A stretch of 64,000 bases of DNA from Macrostomum lignano (lineage: Eukaryota): the NCBI GenBank assembly GCA_002269645.1, contig NIVC01000206.1:310001-374000 (forward strand), given 5' to 3'. The translations under genes and the position numbers were made by a program. Position 1 is the first letter of the stretch. Each line of letters starts with the position of its first letter. This document shows, piece by piece, positions 37,998 through 54,710 of the stretch. Under the pieces are notes generated by a model. The model was not told where the DNA came from, did no database searches, and saw nothing but the letters and a program-made list of their open reading frames with translations.

Positions 37998-38944
37998 AAT
38001 TTGAGAAACTACTCGTATATTGGTTGCTGAAGTTTTTAAAATACTTCTACCCGTGAATATTATTGGTTGATGCAGGGAAATCCGTTGCTCACGAATTTAA
38101 TCTCTCATTCAACTGAGAGAAGTAAACTCGGTCGTTTAAGACACAGATAAGTAACTTTATAGCCTCGCAGATAATCTTCACGACCATAGGCAACTTTTGG
38201 GAGGACTCCAGGCTTTGCCATGCTTCAAGGCTTCAAGATTAAGTATTGAAAACAGCACAAAACAAACAATGAATTTTAGTCTATGTTAGAAAGCTCCCTT
38301 GACTGATACTTTACAAATGGTGGGGAATAATTAATACTCTGGCAATAATTAATTTATTAACTTAAAATATAAAAGGAAATGTCCCTAATTTTGAGGATTT
38401 TCGACCACAGAGACATTTCGTGGACCGAGCAGTCCATGGATGAAGGAATCCATGGAGCAGTCCATCACATTTCGTTATCTATGCCATGGACTAATTTTGC
38501 TCAGCCTGATTGGGATTTAATTAAGTGCTCTATGGACTGCTTGGGGCTGGTTGCCTTTTAACTGAAAAATTTTATGGTTGTATATGAGTGTGTTCTTCGA
38601 CGAATAAAACGAAAACGAATAATAAGACAATGCCATGCATTTCAGCGTATTGGCTCTTGTATTTCTTTTGTTTTTGTTTACGTATTTTAGTTCTTACTAG
38701 GTATTTTACTTGTAGTAAAAAACCTTGTGTATAGTACTGACTCAGTAGCTAGTGTGGTTCGCTTAATATAAAAACTCCCTTAGAATAACAAAATAGCTTC
38801 TACCTAGGAAATCCGTGTGACAGTGTACGTCATGATGAAATTTTCAAAGCCGGATATCATTTATTACAATTTTTAAATTTCATTTGAAGTATCACTAACG
38901 TTTTTACTTATTGCGCATATTCAGATTTCAAGACTTCTATCAGA

Positions 38945-39090
38945 GGGGTTGTTGCCTAGTGGTTAAAGCATCTGACTCGTGAATGAAAGGTCGTGGGGTT
39001 CGATTTTCAACCGACTCGGAACAATTTGTGTCCTTGAGCAAGACACCTAACTCTGCATTGCTTCAGTTTACCCAGCTGTAAAATGGGTGC
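38945..39090 (+). mobile_element. tRNA-derived CORE-like SINE
   Basis: A box ttgcctagtgg, B box ggttcgatt, then tgtgtccttgagcaagacacctaac...cagttt...ctgtaaaatggg resembling the CORE domain of MIR-type SINEs. Confidence 0.75.
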
Positions 39091-39268
39091 CAGAATTCTC
39101 AGAGATCAGAGGCCAGAGGCTCTCATCTGTGCAAAGGGTAGGGTAGCTAGAGATATTTTGAATCCTGAATTTCGCACAGCAATTCTGACGCTTAGAAAAA
39201 CCAGTAGCTCAAAAAGATACTCACGCTACATATCGGCTGGTTTCCCATGATTTTTGTCCCTATTCCAG

Positions 39269-40141
39269 TGTCTGTCAGTGCCCGATCCCCTCCTGCCCCT
39301 GCCGGCATGGATGGCTGGCCTGTTTGCCCTGCTAATCGCTGCTGGCTTCGTACTCAGCCTGTACCTGTGGGAGCTCGGCTCGGCCAATGCTCGAGCTGGG
39401 GTTGATCGCGACAATCCTAAAGTGATTATTCGCAGGTTTCTCGGCGTCTCAGCGGTTAGTTTAAGCGTGCTAATCTGCTATAGGTACTTTCTGATGAAGC
39501 CGACAGCTGCCAGCTGGTCAGATGTGCTTCAGCTGATCGGTCTGAGATGGTCCGGAATGCTGCCAGCTGTTGGAGCATCCTTGTTGCTAACCGCTATCCT
39601 GTTTACTGGCCCGATTCTGCTAGCCTGGGAGACTGGCGACGGATTCTTTGATAGGGAACCGCTGCTGAGTTTGAGATGCTGCCGCACTTTAGTGTTGGCT
39701 CCGGTCACTGAGGAGCTGTGCTTTCGCGCCCTGATGCTGCCGGTGCTGTGCGTTCATCTCTCTTGCACTCGGGCGGCCTTCCTGTCGCCGCTGTTCTTCG
39801 GCTTGGCGCATTTTCATCATTTGATTAACCGGCTACAGCGCGGCTATCCGCTTGTGCCCAGCCTGATTCAGGCAACGTTTCAATTCTCCTACACTTACAT
39901 ATTCGGCGTGTATTCGGCCTACTTGTATTTGAGAACTGGCCAGTTAGCTGCCGCCTGCGCCGCGCATTCCTTCTGCAATCTGATGGGTTTCCCTGATTTT
40001 GAGGCGCTGGCCAATCTGCGAGGAATTAAACTGGCGGTGCACGGCGGCGCCTTTGTTTTGGGCTTGGTTGGTTGGCTGGCCCTGCTGGGGCGGCTGACCG
40101 AACCAGCGATGTTTGCTTCGCAGTGCGACTGCTTCTGGTAG
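39269..40141 (+). CDS. RCE1: CAAX prenyl protease 2 (Rce1), intronless
   Basis: APVTEELCFR, FFGLAHFHH, HSFCNLMGFP and multiple TM segments. Phase-0 acceptor at 39269; first in-frame ATG is 13 codons later. Confidence 0.93.
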   Translation, partial: CLSVPDPLLPLPAWMAGLFALLIAAGFVLSLYLWELGSANARAGVDRDNPKVIIRRFLGVSAVSLSVLICYRYFLMKPTAASWSDVLQLIGLRWSGMLPAVGASLLLTAILFTGPILLAWETGDGFFDREPLLSLRCCRTLVLAPVTEELCFRALMLPVLCVHLSCTRAAFLSPLFFGLAHFHHLINRLQRGYPLVPSLIQATFQFSYTYIFGVYSAYLYLRTGQLAAACAAHSFCNLMGFPDFEALANLRGIKLAVHGGAFVLGLVGWLALLGRLTEPAMFASQCDCFW

Positions 40142-40204
40142 CGAGTTGTTTGATCCATCTATTAACTGTTGTTGCGAGTTTACTTGCTTTTTATATACAT
40201 CTAA

Positions 40205-40760
40205 CCCTTCGAAAATCCCTGCAATAAACCCCTCACACAGATCCCTACATCAAACCCTTCACAAATCCCTACATTAAGCCCTTCACACAGATCCCTGCAC
40301 CAAACCCTTCACAAAGACACCTACATTAAACCATTCACAGATCCCTACATTAAACCCTTCACACAGATCCCTGCACCAAACCCTTTACAAAGACACCTAC
40401 ATTAAACCATTCACAAATCCCTACATTAAACCCCTCACACTGATCCCTACACCTAACCCTTCACATGAATCCTACATCTAACCTTCACACAGTTCCCTAC
40501 ATCTAACCCTTCATATGGATCATACGTCTAATCCTTCACACAGATCCCTATATCTATCTAACCCTTCACACAGTTCTCTTCATCAACCCTTCACACGGTT
40601 CCCTACATCTAACCCTTCACTTGGATCTTACATCTAACCCTCCACACAGATCCCTGCATCTAACCCTTCACACGTCCCTAAATCTAATTCTTTACACAGA
40701 TTCCTACATTAAACCCTTCACACATTCCTACATTATTCTTACCCTTCACAAGAGGTCCCT
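40205..40760. repeat. Diverged 26-bp minisatellite related to 31790-32185
   Basis: ttcacacagatccctacatctaaccc-type units. Confidence 0.85.
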
Positions 40761-41369
40761 GCACAAAACCAGTCAGCCAGTTTAAGCCTAAAATCCCCAA
40801 CTTCAATAAAATATTTGTGAATCTTCATTTTTGCGTCCTAAAAATGGTGTGGCTTTACTTGTTAGTAACTTTTCAAATATCAATTTGTTAGTTGTTTCTG
40901 CAAGAACATTTGCACTCTTCTATCAGCTAAGGTTTATGTTTACTCTTGTAAGTTTTGTTACATTGTTTATACATGTACGTTAAGCATTGAGAGTTTTCTA
41001 CTCAACGAATCAGTCAATCAATCGATATTTATTCAAATTTGCTGAAAAAGTTAAACTGAATTTAATCTGTTGGCAGTCATTTTTCCTGATTTTTAATGCA
41101 TACTTTTGTAAGTTTTTATTTTCAATTTCTCATTTATGCGACTTTGGTTATTATTCTTAACAGTGTGGCAAAGAGATCACTTTTTTTCAATAAATGTATT
41201 ACGGACGGAATTACTGGCTACTTTCCTACTTGACAAGCTGGTTTAACTTACTACTTAATTATATTTAGTTTTACCAGACTTATTCTTATTTTCCTGATTG
41301 CTCCAGGCGCTTAAACCATTGTTGTAGGAATGTAAAGGTAGTTATTTGTTTATTAGATTTTAAGGCCGT

Positions 41370-42155
41370 TGCAGTAATCAGGGATTGTGTCGGGGTTGCA
41401 GTGTTGCAGTAATCAGTGACTGTAGCAGGGTTGCAGTGTTGCAGTAATCAGGGACTGTAGCAGGGTTGCAGTGTTGCAGTAATCAGGGATTGATACGGGG
41501 TTGCAGTGTTGCAGTAATCAGGGATTGTGTCAGGGTTGCAGTGTTGCAGTAATCAGGGATTGTGTCGGGGTTGCAGTGTTGCAGTAATCAGGGATTGTGT
41601 CGGAGTTGCAGTGTTGCAGTAATCAGGGATTGTGTCGGGGTTGCAGTGTTGCAGTAATCAGGGATTGTGTCGGGGTTGCAGTGTTGCAATAATCAGGGAT
41701 TGTGTCGGGGTTGCAGTGTTGCAGTAATCAGGGATTGATACGGGGTTGCAGTGTTGCAGTAATCAGGGACTGTAGCGGGGTTGCAGTGTTGCAGTAATCA
41801 GGGATTGTAGTGGGGTTGCAGTGTTGCAATAATCAGGGATTGTGTCGGGGTTGCAGTGTTGCAGTAATCAGGGATTGTGTCAGGGTTGCAGTGTTGCAGT
41901 AATCAGGGATTGTGTCGGGGTTGCAGTGTTGCAGTAATCAGGGATTGTGTCAGGGTTGCAGTGTTGCAGTAATCAGGGATTGTGTCGGGGTTGCAGTGTT
42001 GCAGTAATCAGTGATTGTGGCTGGGTTGCAGTGTTGCAGTAATCAGGGATTGTAGCGGGGTTGCAGTGTTGCAGTAATCAGGGATTGTGGCTGGGTTGCA
42101 GTGTTGCAGTAATCAGGGATTGTGTCGGGGTTGCAGTGTTGCAGTAATCAGGGCA
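41370..42155. repeat. 35-bp minisatellite (gggttgcagtgttgcagtaatcagggattgtgtcg)
   Basis: Tandem units. Confidence 0.97.
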
Positions 42156-42332
42156 ATTAATACACATGCCGTTAATGGTATTTAGCTCATTGCATTATAA
42201 TATAAGAACTGAGTGTTTTAAAAAGAAGAAAATTCGTTGGAATGCATGTACCATTGCGTAAGAATAAAGGCAGAAAAATACAAAAACAGGTTTTGGCTGT
42301 CCTGAGCAGTTAGTTCAAGCCGAGGTGACACA

Positions 42333-43361
42333 ATGTCCCATAATGACGAAGGTGCAGAGACCGCCAAAGCGGCCAGTTGGGTCGAGTTTTTCGCCGACCA
42401 ACCGCAGAACAAGCTGCGAGTGTTCGACTGGTCAGTGTCCGGCTTTGAGACTTGCATAGTAGTCCACGGTCCCAGCTTCCGTCTGGCGCTGGACATTGGC
42501 GCCTGTCCGCCGCAGGCAATCAGCGCCGATCACGTGTTCATTAGTCACGGTCACGTGGACCATTGCGGAGCACTGCACCAGCACATGCGCCGGCGTCAAC
42601 TGGTAGGCCTACCACCAGCTACGTACTACGTGCCGGAGCATCTGGTCCAGCCGCTGATTGACATTGCTCGGCTATTCAGCGTCGTACATGGCGACGAAGA
42701 CGAGGACAACGAAGGAGGTTCTGCGAAACTGTCGACGAAAGATAAAAAATCCAAGAAAGAGGATGCCACTGTCGCAGACGGTGCCTCAGCCGAAGCTGGG
42801 AGTGACGAAATAAAAATCTACGGCAAAATTGTAGCCGCTACTCCGGGTGACGATCTGCAACTGTCAAAGAATCTTCGCATTCGTCCGTTCGCCACAGATC
42901 ATCGAGTACCCAGCATTGGCTGTCTGGTGTACTGCAAGCGCAGCCAGTTGCTACCCAAATATGCCGGCCTGCCGGGTGCGGAACTTGCCGAACTGGCTCG
43001 CAACGGGGAACAGTTACGAGAGGCTCGGTGGGAACCCGCTATCGGCTATACAGGGGATACCAGATTCACTGTTCTAGCGTGTCCTCCCGAACCCGACCTG
43101 CTCAAGGTTAGACTGCTAGTCTGCGAGCTAACCTACGTTGAAGGGCCGACAGATACAGCTGAGAAATACGGTCATTGTCATTTGCACGATTTCTCGTCGC
43201 GTGCAAATCTGTTTGACAATGTTGGCCAGCTGTTGTTTGTGCACTTTAGTAGGCGGCACTCGCCTGACCAAGTGATTAACGCTGTGCTGACTTCGCTGCC
43301 AGAGGAGCTACGGTCTAAGGTCTACTGCGGACTCAATGCTCTGCGGTTCTACCGTTCCTGA
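42333..43361 (+). CDS. Short tRNase Z, TM-type/plant TRZ1-like (MBL fold), paralogue B, intronless, 342 aa
   Basis: SVSGFETC, DIGACP, HVFISHGHVDH, ATDHRVPSIG, LLPKYAGLPGAEL exosite, YTGDT, CELTY, YGHCH, VHFSRR. Confidence 0.88.
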   Translation: MSHNDEGAETAKAASWVEFFADQPQNKLRVFDWSVSGFETCIVVHGPSFRLALDIGACPPQAISADHVFISHGHVDHCGALHQHMRRRQLVGLPPATYYVPEHLVQPLIDIARLFSVVHGDEDEDNEGGSAKLSTKDKKSKKEDATVADGASAEAGSDEIKIYGKIVAATPGDDLQLSKNLRIRPFATDHRVPSIGCLVYCKRSQLLPKYAGLPGAELAELARNGEQLREARWEPAIGYTGDTRFTVLACPPEPDLLKVRLLVCELTYVEGPTDTAEKYGHCHLHDFSSRANLFDNVGQLLFVHFSRRHSPDQVINAVLTSLPEELRSKVYCGLNALRFYRS

Positions 43362-43592
43362 ATGATACTGACTTATTTTACTATTCTATTAGTACAATAA
43401 ATAAAGTTTATACTGATGTTTTGCCTTTGTTTTCTCAGACAGTTTTTAATAAAAAGTTTTAAACATCGTGTCTTTGATTAATTCAACTTTCTATTTTACA
43501 AACTAAACTGTAAAAATTTCAGCTAGAATTTCACTGCCGTAGCTACAAAACTGAGCTGATTTCGATTCGGAGCTGCACTCCAAACATTAATT

Positions 43593-48011
<4,419 letters not shown>

Positions 48012-48261
48012 ATGCATTCAGTCTGACGATATGTATCGAAATAATATTTTTATTGCACTTTAAAAATTTATGAGCTTTGCTCTGCAGGAAACTTGAGTAC
48101 GAGTCATTATTTTACAAGCGTACAAATTAGATCTTATGTGGCCGTTATGTATCGGAAATTGTCTAGTTACTTAAAATCGTTATCAGAATTGATTTAACTT
48201 GCAGCCTAATTTTATATGCCACTGCCACCATTTGGAGTCGGATTTGGAAAATTTTTTATCT

Positions 48262-49333
48262 CAAGGGTCAGGGAAAGAAAACAGAGCATGGCTGCGGGCC
48301 AGAGGAGGGGAGAAAGGAGATAGAGGAATAAGAGGAGAGGAGATGAAAGATAAAATAGGAGAGAAGGAAAGGGAGAGCTGATGGAGAAGATGAGAGAGAG
48401 TAGAGAAGAGAGAGGAGTGGAGAGGAGAGAAGGGAATGGAGAGAGGAGAGGAGGGGAGAGGAGAGGAGGGAAGGGAGAAGGGAGAGGAGAGGAGGGAAGG
48501 GAGAGGAGAGAAGGGGAGAGGAGAGGAGGGAAGGGAGAGGAGAGGAGAGAGGGAATGGAGAGGAGAGGAGGGAAGGGAGAAGGGAGAGGAGAGGAGGGAG
48601 GGAATGGAGAGGAGAGGAGGGAATGGAGAGGAGAGGAGGGAATGGAGAGGAGAAGAGAGAAGGGAATGGAGAGGAGAGAAGGGAATGGAGTGGAGAGGAG
48701 GGAAGGGAGAGGAGAGAAGGGAAAGGAGAGGAGAAGAGAGAAGGGAATGGAGAGGAGAAGAGAGAAGGGAATGGAGAGGAGAGAAGGGAATGGAGTGGAG
48801 AGGAGGGAAGGGAGAGGAGAGAAGGGAAAGGAGAGGAGAAGAGAGAAGGGAATGGAGAGGAGAAGAGAGAAGGGAATGGAGAGGAGAGAAGGGAATGGAG
48901 TGGAGAGGAGGGAAGGGAGAGGAGAGAAGGGAATGGAGAGGAGAGGAGGGAAGGGAGAGGAGAGAAGGGAATGGAGAGGAGAGAAGGGAATGGAGTGGAG
49001 AGGAGGGAAGGGAGAGGAGAGAAGGGAAAGGAGAGGAGAGGAGGGAAGGGAGAGGAGAGAAGGGAATGGAGAGGAGAGAAGGGAATGGAGTGGAGAGGAG
49101 GGAAGGGAGAGGAGAGAAGGGAATGGAGAGGAGAGAAGGGAATGGAGAGGAGAGAAGGGAATGGAGTGGAGAGGAGGGAAGGGAGAGGAGAGAAGGGAAA
49201 GGAGAGGAGAGGAGGAGTGGAGAGAAGGAAGCTAGAAGAGACGTTCACCTTGAGCGGGCCGGATTGCTATTGTGAATTTTAAAGTTAAAACCCGGATACA
49301 GAGGCTCTGCGGGCCGAAGTTTGCGGACCCCTG
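48262..49333 (+). mobile_element. Charlie-like GA-rich element, degenerate copy
   Basis: Shares gcatggctgcgggccagagg and cttgagcgggccggattgctattgtga...agtttgcggacccctg with the 28913 element. No TSD found. Confidence 0.6.
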
Positions 49334-50199
49334 ATTCGAGCAATAATGTATCGTAAAAAATTGAGTCAAATATTTTCTAGAAAACCGGATCATTTTTTCC
49401 GATATGTATCGAAAGTAGTGTTTGTCAAGCGCGAATTACACAAAGCATTGGAGATAGACTGACTTTCTTTGTTATAACGCGTCTTTTTACGTACTTCGAC
49501 CGTACAATTTTGCTATATTCCTCAAAATAAAAGTGCATTCATATCCATTAACCAGCCAGAGAAATTTGGGCTTTCCAACACTGAAAATCCATACATATTG
49601 AACCACTCAAAAAAACCACCTTTCTAGTTTGCATTAATTATCGAAATCTGCTGATAATAACTTTAATCTGAAGTCGAGGAAGTGCTTGCTCAGCAAAATC
49701 AATCGTCTGTAGTGTAATGAGCTGTGATGGCTTTGTTACCGTGGCAACAAGTTCGGCGCACATCTTTTATAGACTTCCAACCTTTGAGTGGCAGATTTTG
49801 TTGCATCAAATTTCTCCCAAAGGATTTCATGTTGAGTCTAAAGCAGAGATTTAAACAATAGAAAATACCAGAGTGTTTGCTTTTGTAGACGAAAATTTGC
49901 TCATGCTAGATTCCAATCGATTGTAGATGTCTGAGCAGGCCACTAGATAGATGACTATTTAAATTTGCTTCTGTCTTTGCAACTGCAATCTGAATGTGAG
50001 CTATTCTAGCTCTGAAGCTGCAGCCTTCATCGATCGTTCAGGGACATTGCGTAAGATTGTCACTGCTGTTTGTGCTTTCTTGTTATAATATTAAATTGTA
50101 TGGGGCAATAAATTTGCATTTTTGTCAATTATCGCAAAAATATGGTGCGCAGGCTGAGGCCCTTAAAATGAATAAATAGAGGTGCCCTGAAATGCTTAG

Positions 50200-50945
50200 A
50201 AGTGGCGCTATGAGGTGCTTAGATCTGGCGTCATGAGTTGCTTAGGTTTGGCCCTATGGGAGTGCCTAGATGCTTAGAGCTAGGTGCCTAGATTTGGGCC
50301 CATGGGAGTGCTTAAATGCTTATAGTTGGGGTGCCTAGATTTGGGCCCATGGAGTGCTTAGATGCTTAGAGCTGAAGTGCCTAGATTTGGGCCCATAGGA
50401 GTGCTTAGATGCTTATAGCTGAAGTGCCTAGATTTGGGCCCATAGGAGTGCTTAGATGCTTATAGCTGGGGTGCGTAGATTTGGGCCCATAGGAGTGCTT
50501 AGATGCTTAGAGCTGAAGTGCCTAGATTTGGGCCCATAGGAGTGCTTAGATGCTTATAGCTGGGGTGCCTAGATTTGGGCCCATAGGAGTGCTTAGATGC
50601 TTATAGCTGGGGTGCGTAGATTTGGGCCCATAGGAGTGCTTAGATGCTTAGAGCTGAAGTGCCTAGATTTGGGCCCATAGGAGTGCTTAGATGCTTATAG
50701 CTGGGGTGCCTAGATTTGGGCCCATAGGAGTGCTTAGATGCTTATAGCTGGGGTGCGTAGATTTGGGCCCATAGGAGTGCTTAGATGCTTAGAGCTGAAG
50801 TGCCTAGATTTGGGCCCATAGGAGTGCTTAGATGCTTATAGCTGGGGTGCCTAGATTTGGGCCCATGGAGTGCTTAGATGCTTATAACTAGGTGCCTAGA
50901 TTTGGGCCCATGGGAGTGCTTAGATGCTTAGAGCTAGGTGCTTGT
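50200..50945. repeat. 47-bp minisatellite (cctagatttgggcccataggagtgcttagatgcttatagctggggtg)
   Basis: Tandem units. Confidence 0.95.
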
Positions 50946-51124
50946 ACATGTAGATCTGGCGCTATGTAATCGCTAAAATTATTAAGAGGCTCAATAACGT
51001 GCGCAGAGCTCCAAGAAAACCAATGCATGTTCGCAGAAGATATAACACAGGATTTTGTTAAATTGTTTCAAACTTACTCGTTCCTAGCATGAGATCCAAA
51101 CAAAACTAGCATAGCAACCAAACT

Positions 51125-54100
51125 ATGCTGACGCCTCGTTCTTCGTTCCGCTCCATCGTCTATCAATTCGCCAACGATTCGAGCGTTCACGGGCTGTCCC
51201 GTTTAGTTGGCAATCGGCCAATTCACCTCAAACTGTGCTGGTGTCTCAGCTGCCTCCTGCTAGCCGGCTGGTTCGCCTTCTCGCTGTCAATCTGCGTAGG
51301 TAAACTGCTCACCCGCAAGCATAGCACCGCTATCTACACTGAAGAAGTGGATTTCCAGTTCCCGGATGTGTACATCTGCCCGACTAGTCCGTTCTCGGGC
51401 AGCTATTCGGTCAGCCTGAGCCAGTCGGGTGCTGGGCAGCTGCGGACTAAACTGAAGGAAGTGGAAAGCTGGCTCAATGGAAGTCAGGCGAGTGCATGGC
51501 GGTGTTGGTTGGGGTGGTGGGTTATTGTGCAGTGCACATGTGCATGTACAGTCTGGGTGGATGTCTTTGATGGCTCTGGTTTAGATAGATTAAATAATTA
51601 AGGGAAGACCAACTGACTTAGGAGTGAATGGGTGAGCAGATGGAGTGAATGGGGGCAAATTGGGGTAAATGAGGGCGGATAGGGTGAATGGGGCGGAGTG
51701 AATGGGGTTGCGGATGTAGTGAATGGGGCGGAGTGAATGGGGTTGCGGATGGAGTGAATGGGGCGGAGTGAATGCGGTTGCGGATGGAGTGAAATGGGGT
51801 TGTGGATGGAGTGAATTGGGGTTGTGGATGGAGTGAATTGGGTTGTGGATGGAGTGAATGGGGTTGCGGATGGAGTGAATGATATGGGGGTGGATGGAGT
51901 GAATGGGGTTGCGGATGGAGTGAATGGGGTTGCGGATGGATTGGATGGGGTTGCGGATGGAGTGAATTAATGGGGTTGCGGATGGAGTGAACGGGGTTGC
52001 GGATGGAGTGAATGGGGTTGCGGATGGAGTGAATGGGGTTGCGGATGGAGTGAATGGGGTTGCGGATGGAGTTGCGGATGGAGTGAATGGGGTTGCGGAT
52101 GGAGTGAATGGGGTTGCGGATGGAGTGAATGGGGTTGCGGATGGAGTGAATGATATGGGGGTGGATGGAGTGAATGGGGTTGCGGATGGAGTGAATGGGG
52201 TTGCGGATGGAGTTGCGGATGGAGTTGCGGATGGAGTGAATGGGGAGCAAATGGAGTGAATGGGGTTGTGGATGGAGTGAACGGGGTTGCGGATGGAGTG
52301 AATGGGGTTGCGGATGGAGTTGCGGATGGAGTTGCGGATGGAGTTGCGGATGGAGTGAATGGGGAGCAAATGGAGTGAATTGGGCTGTTGGTGTGAATGA
52401 GTTCCGCATAGAGTGAACAGCTAGGATCACCATAAACCCCAATTCGCAGACCGCAGCCAGCGGACAAGTGTCCGACCAAATAAAAGTGGCCGTGAACTCG
52501 CTGCCCTACCAGCTGCTGGCGGACACTATTGGCCATAGACTATCGCAGATGGTCCCCCTATCCAGATTCCGAGGCGCCTGGACTGTTGGCCACCTGATGG
52601 ACGGCAGCCTGCGCCAAGTTCGCTGGGAGCCATTCTACCATCCGGAGCACCTGCGCTGCGCTAAACTGTTATTATCCGACCTTGAACAGCTAATGCTGAG
52701 TCTACCGATGAATCACCTGGAGATTCTATTAATAGCTGATTCGGCTACCCAGCTATTCTCACTGACCGACACGATTCATTTCTACGGTTCCGACGGCCCG
52801 AGACGGATTGCGGTGCCGGCAGCAAAGTGGAGCTTAGCCAATGGGTTTGATGGCTTCAACTCGGCTGGGCTGAGGCTGTTGCTCACTGAGAAGAACACTT
52901 ATCCTGGTGCACAGTCCGCTGGGATGCTGCTGTCGCCTGGGCTCGCTGTTGAAGCTAGAATCAGCATGCTGGAGACGAGGCACGATGTTGCCGAGTTCGG
53001 CGAAGAAGACTGCCTCGGCAAAGAGGTTGCCGGGCGCACCGTGTACTTTCTTAATCCTTACGATCATGCTAATCCGTACGAGTTTCGGTACAGCCAGGAT
53101 TACTGCTATTATACGGGTGAGTGGGTGGGGCTTGTGGTAGAGTATGGGGCTTGTGGTAGAGTATGGGGCTTGAGGTAGTGTATGGGGCTTGAGGTAGTGT
53201 GTGGGGCTTGAGGTAGTGTATGGGGCTTGAGGTAGTGTATGGGGCTTGCGGTAGTGTATGGGGCTTGAGGTAGTGTATGGGGCTTGTGGTAGTGTATGGG
53301 GCTTGCGGTAGTGTATGGGGCTTGCGGTAGTGTATGGGGCTTGTGGTAGTGTATGGGGCTTGAGGTAGTGTATGGGGCTTGTGGTAGTGTATGGGGCTTG
53401 AGGTAGTGTATGGGGCTTGTGGTAGAGAAAGACTTGGGGTAGAGTGGGGCTTGTGTTAGAGTAAGGTTGTGGTAACCCTAACCCTAGACCCTCACCCCAA
53501 CCCCAACCCTGAATCGATCAACCGCTTGCCAGAACTCCTCAGGCGGCAGTTTGGGCACTTCAACTGCAGCGAAGGCCAGTACCCCGCGCCGATGCCCGTC
53601 GTCAGCCCCGGCGGCGATGGCAAAGTGACTCTGGGCAGCTGCTACAACTGGTCTCTAGCCGCATCAATGTCATTCGGAGACGGCCTCAATCTCACCACTT
53701 TGAGAGCCGCACCGCGAGACGCGGCTCTCGCCTGCGCCAAGCAAAGACCCTGCCAACGACGGACCTACAGCGTGGCCTGGTCTGCGGCCATGTGGCCAAG
53801 CGAATCCGACGCCGTCCCTCTGGTTGCAGCTTTCCGCAGTCGCCTACAAGAAAAGCCGGCCGAACCGAAGCCGCTGTTTCACTATCTGGTCAATAACTGC
53901 TCGGTTGGAGATGCCAAATTGTACAGCAGTCTGCGGGCTCAGGCCATGCTGCTGAAGCTGTCGGCAGCGAACCAGCTGTCCAGCCGGGTGCAGGTGTCCC
54001 TAGCTTACACCAGCTACGAGATGTTCGCAGAGGTTGGCGGCATACTTGGCTTGTATCTGGGCTGCTCTATTCTAACCATAGTTGAAGTGCTGGAATTGTT

Positions 54101-54254
54101 GCACAATCTATTAGCGCTGATGCTGTGTCCGACTACTAGCAGTAGTGATGACTGGGAGGAGCAGCCGAAATCTGACCAGGCCTCGGATTGGAAAGAAAAT
54201 TCAACACCGGCAACCAACGAGATGTCGCTGCAGAGTCTCGAGGCCGACGGATGA
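51125..54254 (+). CDS. DEG/ENaC family sodium channel subunit; exons 51125-51487, 52450-53116, 53533-54254 (583 aa)
   Basis: N-terminal SSVHG motif, TM1, FPDVYIC, TM2 EVGGILGLYLGCSILTIVE. Frame is kept using a GC-AG intron 1 and a GT-AG intron 2. Confidence 0.9.
51620..52380. repeat. 21-bp minisatellite (ggatggagtgaatggggttgc) in ENaC intron 1
   Basis: Tandem units. Confidence 0.95.
53120..53460. repeat. 19-bp minisatellite (gtagtgtatggggcttgag) in ENaC intron 2
   Basis: Tandem units starting immediately after the donor. Confidence 0.95.
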
Positions 54255-54444
54255 AAATTTAATCTAACACTATCGAGAGCCTTCGAGACGGATACAGTCA
54301 AGTACAAGTGTTAAACTTTTTTGTATAGTGGACTAGCTATCTGCGCCCCCCGCTGGGGAGGCGATAGAGAAAGGAATCAATGTTTTGAAGAAAAACTACA
54401 TGCAGTTTTTAACCTTTCACTCTCTCTAATGCTTGGCCTACCAA

Positions 54445-54710
54445 CAACTCCCAATTGACCCTTGGCATATCAACAACTCCCAATTGACCCTTGGCCTATC
54501 AACAACTCCCAATTGACCCTTGGCCTATCAACAACTCCCAATTGACCCTTGGCCTATCAACAACTCCCAATTGACCCTTGGCCTATCAACAACTCCCAAT
54601 TGACCCTTGGCCTATCAACAACTCCCAATTGACCCTTGGCCTATCAACAACTCCCAATTGACCCTTGGCATATCAACAACTCCCAATTGACCCTTGGCAT
54701 ATCAACAATC
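54445..54710. repeat. 29-bp minisatellite (caacaactcccaattgacccttggcctat)
   Basis: Tandem units inside a dispersed repeat also seen at about 27853-28090. Confidence 0.93.

Noticed and set aside
38945-39010. Possible tRNA gene
   Set aside because: A and B boxes are present but there is no proper acceptor stem, and it runs into a SINE core shared with a second copy.
51590-52536. ORFs over minisatellites (also 15138-16009, 58725-59248, 59792-60158)
   Set aside because: Translations of tandem repeats that are intronic or subterminal.
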